DNA of 61,008 nucleotides, taken from NCBI GenBank assembly GCA_032718475.1, contig JAUCBJ010000465.1, positions 1 to 61,008 of the forward strand. Direction: 5' to 3'. The position numbers were made by a program, and so were the translations under genes. The notes beneath the pieces were generated by a model. That model saw nothing but the letters and a program-made list of their open reading frames with translations, was not told the DNA's origin and ran no database searches. The DNA comes from Nemertoderma westbladi. Lineage: Eukaryota; Animalia; Xenacoelomorpha. This document shows positions 14,001-23,128 of this stretch, piece after piece; position 1 is the first letter of the stretch, and each line of letters starts with the position of its first letter.

Positions 14001-17000
14001 ATTTTGGTACAATTTTGGTTTATTTTCCGAATCTCGTATTTTTCAAAATTTGAAGTGCCACGCCCTAATTTTGGTGCACCAAAAATGGCGAACCACTAAG
14101 TCTTCAGGCTTCTATATTACTTTCAATCGATTCAGCGGCACAGAAAACCCATAAAGATGCGTTGAAATAAAAAAATTAGGGGCATTTTCTGAATATCTAA
14201 TTTTTCAAAATTTGAAGTGCCACGCCCACTTCTTAGGTGCACGAAAAATAGCATCCACTTCAATTTTTGGAAGTGGAATATAATCACATTCGATTCAGCG
14301 TCTTGAAAAACCTACTAAATCCAGCCAACACTGCCACACTATTAGTTTTTAGAAAACGAAAAATTTTGTAATTTTGTCCTGGGACTACTGTTATTTTTCA
14401 TCAAAATTATGAGTCCCTGCTTATGAAATTTTAACTTTTTAAGGTTTGGTAGTGTTCATCTATAGTTGTTTCACCAACAGCCCAAATTTTGTAGGATTTC
14501 ATTGGACGACTACAAAAATATAGTGGGTGGGCCGAATCGCCCCCCCCCCCCCCCCCCCCCCCCAGTGGGGCTAATGGTCAAAACACCCCAGTGGTAATAG
14601 GGTTAAGATTCAGTGGGCACTGCTGCCGAAGTAAAGACGAGGTCATACCAGATATACTTTTCTGGCAACCAACTCATGGAAAGCGTAGTCGCGGATGACC
14701 GACTATAACATATATAGATCAACTTGAAAGGGATCCTGAACATGGGAAAAATGAAATTGCGACAACTATGGAGAATTGAGAAGCCTGGAAGAATTTTATT
14801 TCCACTGTCCGAGTTCGCTCGACTTAGTAGTAGTTGTATAAGAGGAAACTTTATCCAATATGCTCAACTGGTCAAAACTAGGAGTGAGAATGCTCAACTG
14901 AGATATATCTGTAGCTTTATTAATTTGTGCACTTTAACGTTATTTTGTGCTTTTCTTGTGCTGTTTATGTTTTGTTCTCATATTGTCTTTGATTTTGTGT
15001 GTATCTCTTGGGAAAGTCATATCTAGGCGTAATCTGGAATACTCAGTCAATAATGACACCTTTTTAATTACAAATAATTACTAAGAGGAGTTTCAGATTA
15101 CATTTATTGAGGATTTAAAAGGACCATATATGTATCCTGTCAGTACGTGCGTGGATGTACTGACAAATCATGTATTCTGAAGCGGCAGGTTCTTCCTATT
15201 ATTTCAGGCAGAACTTCCACAAAACAGAACAAAACAGGACAAAACAGCGCTCTCCAAAAAGACACCATGATACATTCAGGTTCAGCAATTTGATATAGGC
15301 GTATACGTTTACATATTAATTACCATTTAAACCTCCAATTTATTATATATGGCTGCTAAGTTACCCACTACAGTAGTACCACTACAAGCACAACCTGTTA
15401 AAAAAATCTTTATGTGCCTCAGTATGAAACAAGAACAACAATTCAAAATTATCAGACAGCATTCGTTGTTATGTGACCCTATATTAGTCACCAGGAGTAG
15501 GCCAACTGGTTCTCCAGCAGACGAGGTTTGGATAAACACCTTGGTGAACAGAAATTCCCACTTGCGAAGCGAAGCGTCAAGATGTTGAGGGTTGATGAAG
15601 GTATTTTATTCTTCCCAGAGTTCGTCATTGGGATGGCGCCTGTAGCAGCAACATGTGTAGCTTTTAAGCATATATGAATTCTGATTCGTATTTCTGTCTT
15701 AATCATTACCGGTATCATCAATACGTCTTTGATTTCACTAGATGTTTTAGATTAATGAGAATGAACAACTACATTATAACAAGCAAGGCTGTAATTGTGG
15801 GACTAACCTTTCCTAACATCTTCTAATAGAAGAAGCAAAATCAGTCAAACTCATATTGGTTGTTTCAGCATCATTTTATTTTATATATTTTCAAAATTTA
15901 CATTCGGGTATTAGTTTATTCAACTATGTGATGCTTAATTATTATTATTATATTTTTTAATTATATCGGTATCATTTTCCCCACCTTAAGAGTGGCATAA
16001 CACACATTTTAGATTTTCTCATTATTGGAATGTTTTTACTTCCCTCATAATAAGATTTCCTTCTGTAATTTATTTATATAATTCCATTCTAGCCATGGCG
16101 GCCATGGTGGACATGATTATGACACCTATTATAACCAAAATGGAAACATGGGTTGGGACATGGGTTGGGGGGGAAGAGGAGATCTCTCAGGTAGAATGGT
16201 GGAAGAATTGCTCCAGGATGACGAGTGGACTAACATCATAAGGGAACGCTACTCAGAAGATATGGATAGCGGTGAAGATGAGAAGTCAGTGGAAAACACC
16301 GTAGCACCAACCTACCCAGGTATTTAGTAGTACAGTACCGTAGCACCAACCTACCCAGGTATTCAGTATAAATTGTTGACCGGTTTAGAATGTTCAACTA
16401 TAAGTCGTATTTACATCCACCTTCGCACAGTCATGCAGAGAACTCTGATAACAATAATTAAATACGCCATACATTAAAAAAAACCCAAGTAATTAAATAT
16501 TAACAAAAGAAAATTCATTATTTAAATTCGCAGTAAATTCGATTTTTTCGCAGCAAATTCAGGTGTTAAATTTGTCTCTAAAAGAATCTAAGTTTGACTT
16601 TAACTTACTATAATCTACGTATTGAACTGAATCTGAAATTCCTCATGTTTTGTACTTTGTGATATGTTTTTCTACTTGTTAATTAAATAATTTATACGTT
16701 TATATTTTAGATTCAATAACAATTGGAGGTCAAACCATTCAGGTGACTGACATCGTGAATTATCTGCGTGAAAATAAAATAAAACAATGGCCATTCCTAT
16801 TGCATTTAATGCAAAGTGCCAAACCGACTATTGAGCAAGAGATCGCGAAGTTGGAAACAGTTCTTACAGCCAAAGATATACCACAGGAATTTATTGACAA
16901 TATGAAAACCAATCTTGCCACCCTCGATTTCCCAGGATTTATCGAGATCTTGGCCACCAAGATGTCCATGCACACACCTGAGGATATTACGCGATTGTAC

Positions 17001-20000
17001 CTCCATCGGGATTTGGTCAAACACGCTGGTAAGTCCCTCATCGAAGAAGGACATTGTCCTGATCCCGATAGGCTCAAGAAAGCTGGACCTATTGCACCTG
17101 AAATAATGCATGTGTTAGCGAAAATGAAACTCACAGGAGTGACGTTGAAAGGCAATCCAGTAGAAATGATTTGCTCAAATGGAGAAGATAAGATGTTTAA
17201 AAAGGCGGTCGGAGTAATAATGGTGAAATACACTATGCTGAAGAGAGCGGTGTTGGGAATGCTGCGTTTGGGAGGCCCTGTTCCACTTCCCATGGGAATG
17301 GGAGGAATGCAAGAAGGAATGATGAAAGGTATGTCGGGTTATGGCAGTGGATCTTCTGAAGGGCACGGTGAATCTAGTAGAGGGCGTGATGAATATAGTA
17401 GAGGGCATGGTGAATCTAGTGGCAGCAACGAGGGAAAGGATGATATGGCTGAAATTCTTCAAGGAATGAAAGGAGGCCGAGGCGAGAGTGACATGCCTCT
17501 CCCACACGGTGGTCCTGTAAGTTTCTGCTTAAAATATTATATATAATTGCATTTAATTTAATTTATTTTATTTAATTATTGCTAATTTTGATATTCTTGT
17601 ATTAACAGTTTAACTTCATTTTTTTTACCTTTACTCCATAGAGCTGTTGGAATAAACAGCAAATGTACACGTAGCTAACTAACTAACTTAATTAACTTAA
17701 TTAAGATAAAAATAAGCCTCAGCGGTACCGGGTGAAGTTTACCTATCTGCTATACCTTAATATTTTATTAATAATTATTTCCGTATTTTTCTGTCCCGTG
17801 CAATAGCAATATTTATTGTCTAATGTTACAGGGAAATTACGGTAAAGCCCCTGTTTATGTGTTGGGCTTCTTTGTTGTAGTCCACCTGATCCTCATTGTC
17901 GTTGTGGCTATCCTCTGTATCCGAGCTATCTGCCTGAGTCGAAAAAGAAGATGTTATGATGTCAAGGCGGTTTCAGTACCTCATGGTTAGTAAATATAGA
18001 CTACCCAACTGTGTCTGTAACTCATACTACCCCATTATCAAATTAATTCTATATAAATAATACTTTTTTTAATCTATGCCCTCATGCGGAGCAATTCTAT
18101 TCTATAGAATACCGCTATATTAATATCGCCCTACCAAATATTCTCCAATGTGAATTATTCATAATATTTAGATCTCGAGTACAAATCGCCATCGCAGTTC
18201 GACCAGGATGTGAAAAGAAATGGAGCTTTCAAGGCGACTCCTACTATGGTAGTTCCAAGGATGCCAGGTGTAAACGGTAAAGGTAAGTCAATGCAATGGT
18301 AGTTCCAAGGATGCCAGGTGTAAACGGTAAAGGTAAGTCAATGCAATGGTAGTTCCAAGGATGCCAGGTGTAAATGGTAAAGGTAAGTCAATAAAATGGT
18401 AGTTCCAAGGATGCCAGGTGTAAACGGTAAAGGTAAGTCAATGCAACAGTAGTTCCAAGGGTGCCAGGTGTAAATGGTAAAGGTAAGTCAATAAAATGGT
18501 AGTTCCAAGGATGCCAGGTGTAAACGGTAAAGGTAAGTCAATGCGATGCTAGTTTCAAGGATGCCAGGTGTAAATGGTAAAGGTAAGTCAATAAAATGAT
18601 AGTTCCAAGGATGCCAGGTGTAAACGGTAAAGGTAAGTCAATGCGATGGTAGTTTCAAGGATGCCAGGTGTAAATGGTAAAGGTAAGTCAATGCAATGGT
18701 AGTTCCAAGGATGCCAGGTGTAAATGGTAACGATAAGTCAATAAAATGGTAGTTCCAAGGATGCCAGGTGTAAACGGTAAAGGTAAGTCAATGCAACAGT
18801 AGTTCCAAGGGTGCCAGGTGTAAATGGTAAAGGTAAGTCAATAAAATGGTAGTTCCAAGGATGCCAGGTGTAAACAGTAAAGGTAAGTCAATGCGATGGT
18901 AGTTCCAAGGATGCCAGGTGTAAACGGTAAAGGTAAGTCAATGCGATGGTAGTTCAGGTGTAAACAGTAAAAGTAAGTCAATGCAATGGTAGTTCCATGG
19001 ATGCCAGGTGTAAACGGTAAAGGTAAGTCAATAAAATGGTAGTTCAGGTGTAAATGGTAAAGGTAAGTCAATGCGATGGATGGTAGTTCCAACAATGCCA
19101 GGTGTAATCGGTAAAGGTAAGTCAATGCGATGGTAGTTCCATGTTCCAAGGATGTCAGGTGTAAATGGTAAAGGTAAGTCAATAAAATGGTAGTTCCAAG
19201 GATGCCAGGTGTAAACGGTAAAGGTAAGTCAATGCAATGGTAGTACCAAGGATGCCATGTGTAAATGGTAAAGGTAAGTCAATGTAATGGTAGTACCAAG
19301 GATGCCAGGTGTAAATGGTAAAGGTAAGTCAATGCAACGGTAGTTCCAATGATTCCAGGTGTAAATGGTAAAGGTAAGTCAATGCAACGGTAGTTCCAAT
19401 GATTCCAGGTGTAAATGGTAAAGGTAAGCCAATGCAACGGTAGTTCCAATGATTCCAGGTGTAAATGGTAAAGGTAAGTAAATAAAATAGTAGTTCCAAG
19501 GATGCCAGGTGTAAATGGTAAATGTAAGTCAATAAAATGGTAGTTCCAAGGATGCCCGGTGTAAATGGTAAAGGTAAGTCCCTAGAATGGTAGTTCCAAG
19601 GATGCCAGGTGTAAACGGTAATGGTAAGTCAATGCAACGGTAGTTCCAATGATTCCAGGTGTAAATGTTAAAGGTAAGTCAATGCGATGGTTGGTAGTTC
19701 CAAGGATGCCAGGTGTAAATGGTAAAGGTAAGTAAATTACATGGTAGTTCCAAGGATGCCAGGTGTAAACGGTAAAGGTAAAAGGTAAGTCAATAAAATG
19801 GTAGTTCAGGTGTAAATGGTAAAGGTAAGTCAATGCGATGGATAGTAGTTCCAACAATGCCAGGTGTAAATGGTAATGATAAGTCAATGCGATGGTAGTT
19901 CCAAGGATGCCATTCACATTCAATAAACGGGCAGTGAAAATGGAGGGCTCTTTGATTTCGATGAGTACCTACACTATGAATGATGTGGCACGGTAAAGAT

Positions 20001-20931
20001 ATAACACCATAAACAAAGATGCCATGCTTCCAATGGGACTTCACGAATTGTCGTTCATAAAGTGAACGGAAACCGAAAGTTTAATAACAGATTGAGCAAT
20101 GGCGGTGAGCGCTTGTACGGGTAGATAGCGATGTTGACGCACCTGTACCGGTTACGATACTGCAGTTGCAAAGATCTTCCGTCGGAACCACAGCATCCAC
20201 GGCGAAAAGATCCGGAATATCTAATAAAATAGATTTCGACAGTAATAAACCTCGCCATACTGGAACGTAGTTAACGTCCTCATGCAGTCATGGTCTCTAA
20301 TCTTGTGATACGATAGAGCGGTTTCAGAAGCAAACTTCAATCGATATGTCAACTGCCTCTCAGCCATTATATTCATTTATGATAAAATCTTACAAGTTGC
20401 CTACAGTATACCTATACACAGTTACATAGGCTACTGTGGAACCTAAAACTTAGTTTACAATATCAGTTCAGTCAGTCAATAGGTAGGCCTATCTACTTGC
20501 AAAGCGCGAACCGGACCAAAGTAGAAAGTTTAGATTACCAAATCAGCAAGTTGAAGTAGAGACTATGGTAGGCCTACTGTAATTATATATACGAGTTGAC
20601 ATGCAGAACAAACAAAATTCCGATATTTTGAAACTCTTAATCGGAATAATTTACTTACTGTATATATTAAAATAATTTACATTACCAGTGATTTGACAAA
20701 ATGATATGGCGTAATTGTGTACTTGTGTAGTTGACTTTTTACTTATAGGCAAGCGCGAAAGGGCATTTACCTATTTTTAATACGACACAATTAGGCCTAC
20801 CTAATCATGGATATAATAATATGGAATTTGCCTCTACAGACCCCGGTGTAGGTAAATAAAGTATTACAATTTCTGTTCTAGGTGCGGCCACACAGGATCC
20901 TCCACTCTACAAGGAACAAACTTCAGACTGA
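1958..20931 (+). CDS. CD20/MS4A-like four-transmembrane protein, 562 aa; join(1958..2050,8095..8205,9368..9424,9661..9740,16093..16319,16711..17516,17832..17985,18172..18282,20882..20931)
   Basis: All 8 introns are GT-AG with compatible phases (0,0,0,2,1,0,1,1); 1689 nt with no internal stop. Hydrophobic segments AVLVLSLIQLGISGLLVCAG, GVVVGGVLFMITAVIGIIA, MVVSLLVMCIISFLVCIVLVCIGA and VYVLGFFVVVHLILIVVVAILCIRAIC match the CD20-like pattern. Family call is by eye. Confidence 0.82.
2012..3454 (+). repeat. Minisatellite, 46-48 bp unit (some units with a 6-bp AAATAC duplication), ~30 copies; unit = end of exon 1 + splice donor
   Basis: Unit CAAGGAAAAAAGTCCCAGTTCAAATACAAAGCCGTGCTG|GTGAGTTT read directly; a higher-order block around 2101-2460 recurs around 2540-2850. 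Confidence 0.95.
3560..5690. mobile_element. Putative non-autonomous DNA-transposon-derived sequence (boundaries unresolved)
   Basis: CpG-containing, homopolymer-rich non-coding composition like the interiors of the MITEs in this window; no TIR or TSD pair found. Confidence 0.25.
4973..5045 (-). pseudogene. Degenerate tRNA-like sequence / SINE head
   Basis: 73 nt on the minus strand, GGTCA...TGACC ends, A-box-like TAGTCTAGTGG and B-box-like GGTTCGAAATCC; stems are poorly paired. Confidence 0.4.
5874..5926. repeat. 53-bp hairpin (collapsed MITE-like)
   Basis: Arms AAGGGGGAAGTTTGG / CCAAACTTCCCCCTT with inner ACTGCAT / ATGCAGT. Confidence 0.6.
6700..7197. repeat. Minisatellite, 90/81-bp unit, ~5.5 copies
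   Basis: Unit GTATCGACAAGCAGATGATGCTGCTGAAACAACATCACAGAATGATGTACTGACACTATGGTACCGGTGCCGGTACTGCAGTACTGCGCA; explains the repetitive ORFs at 6619-7418. Confidence 0.92.
8095..8205 (+). CDS. MS4A-like coding exon 2 (TM1 and start of TM2)
   Basis: T-rich tract + AG at 8093-8094; VLSLIQLGISGLLVCAGGHAMAMMGAVGGGVVVGGVL; donor CTG|GTGAGT. Confidence 0.85.
8173..8667 (+). repeat. Minisatellite, 19-bp unit (37-bp long variant), ~20 donor copies; unit = end of exon 2 + splice donor
   Basis: Unit GTTGGCGGTGTACTG|GTGA; the long variant adds the exon-derived GTTGGTGGTGGAATCGTG. Confidence 0.93.
8767..9249. repeat. Minisatellite, 29-bp unit, ~16 near-perfect copies
   Basis: Unit CTCCTACCCACTACTGTACCCACTGCTAC; explains ORF 8759..9271. 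Confidence 0.95.
9368..9424 (+). CDS. MS4A-like coding exon 3 (FMITAVIGIIASQRKSTGM)
   Basis: TTTTCCAG| acceptor, ATG|GTGAGT donor, 57 nt, phase 0/0. Confidence 0.85.
9661..9740 (+). CDS. MS4A-like coding exon 4 (TM3)
   Basis: TTTCAG| acceptor, GG|GTAAGT donor; VVSLLVMCIISFLVCIVLVCIGAAKS(G). Confidence 0.85.
10160..10416 (-). mobile_element. tRNA-derived SINE copy
   Basis: Reverse complement has A-box TGGTGTAGTGG, a degenerate B-box and a (TTTAC)n tail; alignable by eye to the + strand copy at 10650-10937. Confidence 0.75.
10650..10937 (+). mobile_element. tRNA-derived SINE copy
   Basis: A-box TGGTGTAGTGG, B-box GGTTCGATCC, tail TTTACTTTTACTTTTTACTTT; flanked by TATAAGAGG at 10641 and 10938 (probable TSD). 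Confidence 0.8.
11036..13164 (+). pseudogene. Disrupted RTE endonuclease/reverse transcriptase ORF
   Basis: ORFs 11036..12505 and 12554..12880; stop inside the GIL*GD (QG) motif, another stop at 12878-12880 and a frameshift near 13005. Confidence 0.9.
13169..14602. mobile_element. Non-autonomous piggyBac-type DNA transposon (1434 bp)
   Basis: TTAA TSD (13165-13168, 14603-14606), 17-bp TIR CCCTATTACCACTGGGG, internal direct and inverted repeats; removing it restores the LINE reading frame. Confidence 0.93.
16093..16319 (+). CDS. MS4A-like coding exon 5 (Gly/His/acidic start of the large loop)
   Basis: TTCTAG| acceptor phase 2; GHGGHGGHDYDTYY...VAPTYP; donor CAG|GTATTT phase 1. Confidence 0.8.
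16298..16363 (+). repeat. Two-copy duplication (39-bp period) of exon 5 end + donor
   Basis: ACCGTAGCACCAACCTACCCAG|GTATT at 16298-16324 and 16337-16363. Confidence 0.92.
16711..17516 (+). CDS. MS4A-like coding exon 6 (806 nt, helical domain plus G/M/S/E-rich linker)
   Basis: TTTTAG| acceptor, same frame as ORF 16743..17546, donor CCT|GTAAGT. Confidence 0.88.
17832..17985 (+). CDS. MS4A-like coding exon 7 (TM4 and basic stop-transfer RKRR)
   Basis: TTACAG| acceptor; GNYGKAPVYVLGFFVVVHLILIVVVAILCIRAICLSRKRRCYDVKAVSVPH; donor ATG|GTTAGT. Confidence 0.85.
18172..18282 (+). CDS. MS4A-like coding exon 8
   Basis: TTTAG| acceptor; DLEYKSPSQFDQDVKRNGAFKATPTMVVPRMPGVNGK; donor AAG|GTAAGT. Confidence 0.8.
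18246..19912 (+). repeat. Minisatellite, 50-bp unit, ~33 copies; unit = end of exon 8 + consensus splice donor
   Basis: Unit ATGGTAGTTCCAAGGATGCCAGGTGTAAACGGTAAAG|GTAAGTCAATGCA. Confidence 0.95.
20882..20931 (+). CDS. MS4A-like last coding exon (GAATQDPPLYKEQTSD*)
   Basis: TTTCTGTTCTAG| acceptor, phase 1 fits exon 8; TGA ends at 20931; AT-rich 3' region with AATAAA at 21488-21493. Confidence 0.72.
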
Positions 20932-21545
20932 GTAACCGTTGCTATGCAACGATTCAACTCTCAAAAACAACCAAACTCACAAACTTTATTTATTTACAAA
21001 GTTACCAAGTTACGTAGATGACTTAGGCACTGTATATAAAAACACATTTGAAATTTTTGAAGCATGCCATAGTGTAGGCCACTTCTTTGTAGAGATTAGA
21101 TTATTTGCTTTGATATATTTCATGGTTTTACATAATTTATTTATCGTATCACAATAATTGTAGGCAACGATAATCATTTTCTATTCATTATTTGTGTAAC
21201 TTGATTGTTTTACAAAATGAATTCATTATTATAACCTATTTCACTGACTTGTAAATATATTATTCTCATCCCAATCAACTATATAACTTATTTTTTTTTG
21301 AGATGTGTTATTTTCTGCCATGCGTTATCGTTATTTCCTGGATATTAGCAACAACATAATTATTATTACCTGGGTATACATTTAATGGTGGCGCCATAAA
21401 AAAATGGATTGACAGTTGACACTAGTGCCGGGACTAGCGGCCGTTAAGGAACATACCTACCTTTTATTTCATTCAAAAACAGTTAACAATAAACATAACA
21501 ATGTATTCAGATTAAGAAGGTAGTTCCGAGCCCATATCTTCATGT

Positions 21546-22853
21546 TCTGCTGTCCAGGTGGGAAACCACTGCTAGAGAGCAGGAACAATCCTGTCTGCTG
21601 TACAGGTGGAGAACCACTGCTAGAATGCAGGAACAATCCTGTCCAGATGGAGAAACACTGCTAGAGAGCAGGAACAATTGTGTCTGCTGACCAGGTGGAG
21701 AACCACTGCTAGAGAGCAGGAACAATCCTGTCCAGATGCAGAAACACTGCTAGAGAGCAGGAACAATTGTGTCTGCTGACCAGGTGGAGAACCACTGCTA
21801 GAGAGCAGGAACAATCCTGTCTGTTGTCCAGGTGGGGAACCACTGCTAGAGTGCAGGAACAATCCTGTCTGCTGTTCAGGCGGAGAACCACTGCTAGATA
21901 GCAGGAACAATCCTATCTGCTGTCCAGATGGAGAACCACTGCTAGAGAGCAGGAACAATCCTGTCCAGATGCAGAAACACTGCTAGAGAGCAGGAACAAT
22001 TGTGTCTGCTGACCAGGTGGAGAACCACTGCTAGAGAGCAGGAACAATCCTGTCCAGATGCAGAAACACTGCTAGAGAGCAGGAACAATTGTGTCTGCTG
22101 ACCAGGTGGAGAACCACTGCTAGAGAGCAGGAACAATCCTGTCTGTTGTCCAGGTGGGGAACCACTGCTAGAGTGCAGGAACAATCCTGTCTGCTGTTCA
22201 GGCGGAGAACCACTGCTAGATAGCAGGAACAATCCTATCTGCTGTCCAGATGGAGAACCACTGCTAGAATGCAGGAACAATCCTGTCTGCTGTCCAGGTG
22301 GGGAACCACTGCTAGAGAGCAGGAACAATTCAGTCTGCTGTCCAGGTGGAGAACCACTGCTAAAGTGCAGGAACAATTCAGTCTGCTGTCCAGGTGGAGA
22401 ACCACTGCTAGAGAGCAGGAACAATTCTGTCTGCTGTCCAGGTGGATAACCACTGCTAGAGAGCAGGAACAATTCTGTCTGCTGTACAGGTGGAGAATCA
22501 CTGATAGAGAGCAGGAACAATTCAGTCTGCTGTCCTGGTGGAGAACCACTGCTAGATAGCAGGAACAATTCAGTCTGCTGTCCAGGTGGAGAACCACTGC
22601 TAGAGAGCAGGAACAATTCAGTCTGCTGTCCAGGTGGAGAACCACTGCTAGAGAGCAGGAACAATTCAGTCTGCTGTCCAGATGGAGAACCACTGCTAGA
22701 GAGCAGGAACAATTCAGTCTGCTGTCCAGGTGGAGAACCACTGCTAGAGAGCAGGAACAATTCAGTCTGCTGTCCAGATGGAGAACCACTGCTAGAGAGC
22801 AGGAACAATTCAGTCTGCTGTCCAGGTGGAGAACCACTGCTAGAGAGCAGGAA
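21546..22853. repeat. Minisatellite, 48-bp unit (41-bp variants), ~28 copies
   Basis: Unit GTCTGCTGTCCAGGTGGAGAACCACTGCTAGAGAGCAGGAACAATTCA; explains the ORFs at 21540-22837. Confidence 0.95.
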
Positions 22854-22933
22854 TAAACAAAAAAACTAAAACAATAAACGAGAGTTACGGATATTTTAGA
22901 ATATATTAATAGAGAATCAGCAGTCAGATATAT

Positions 22934-23128
22934 GCTACAGGACCTAACTCTACAGGACCTAATGCGCCAAGACCTAAAGCTACATGACCTAATGCGCCAG
23001 GACCTAACGCTACAGGACCTAAAGCTACGAGCCCTAATTCGTCAGGACCTAATGCGCCAGGACCTAACGCTACAGGACCTAATGCGCCAGGACCTAACGC
23101 TACAGGACCTAATGCGCCAGGACCTAAA
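22934..23128. repeat. 15-bp minisatellite, ~13 copies
   Basis: Alternating CAGGACCTAATGCGC / CAGGACCTAACGCTA. Confidence 0.9.

Larger units (their letters stand above)
10954..14836 (+). mobile_element. 5'-truncated RTE-clade LINE (interrupted by a piggyBac-type MITE)
   Basis: APE endonuclease C-terminus (QLDYILI...SDH), RT motifs (NYRGI, QNGFR, FVDFKKAFDS, FADD), RTE-type C-terminus RLRFSGHC across the MITE, (TAG)n tail; 16-bp TSD TATAAGAGGAAACTTT at 10938-10953 and 14837-14852. Confidence 0.93.

Noticed and set aside
15480-15720. Possible minus-strand RTE 3' relic (NDELW...LRFA)
   Set aside because: Similarity too degraded to support.
2012-22853. CRISPR-like arrays
   Set aside because: The arrays are head-to-tail minisatellites with no unique spacers and no cas genes, in a eukaryotic intron context.
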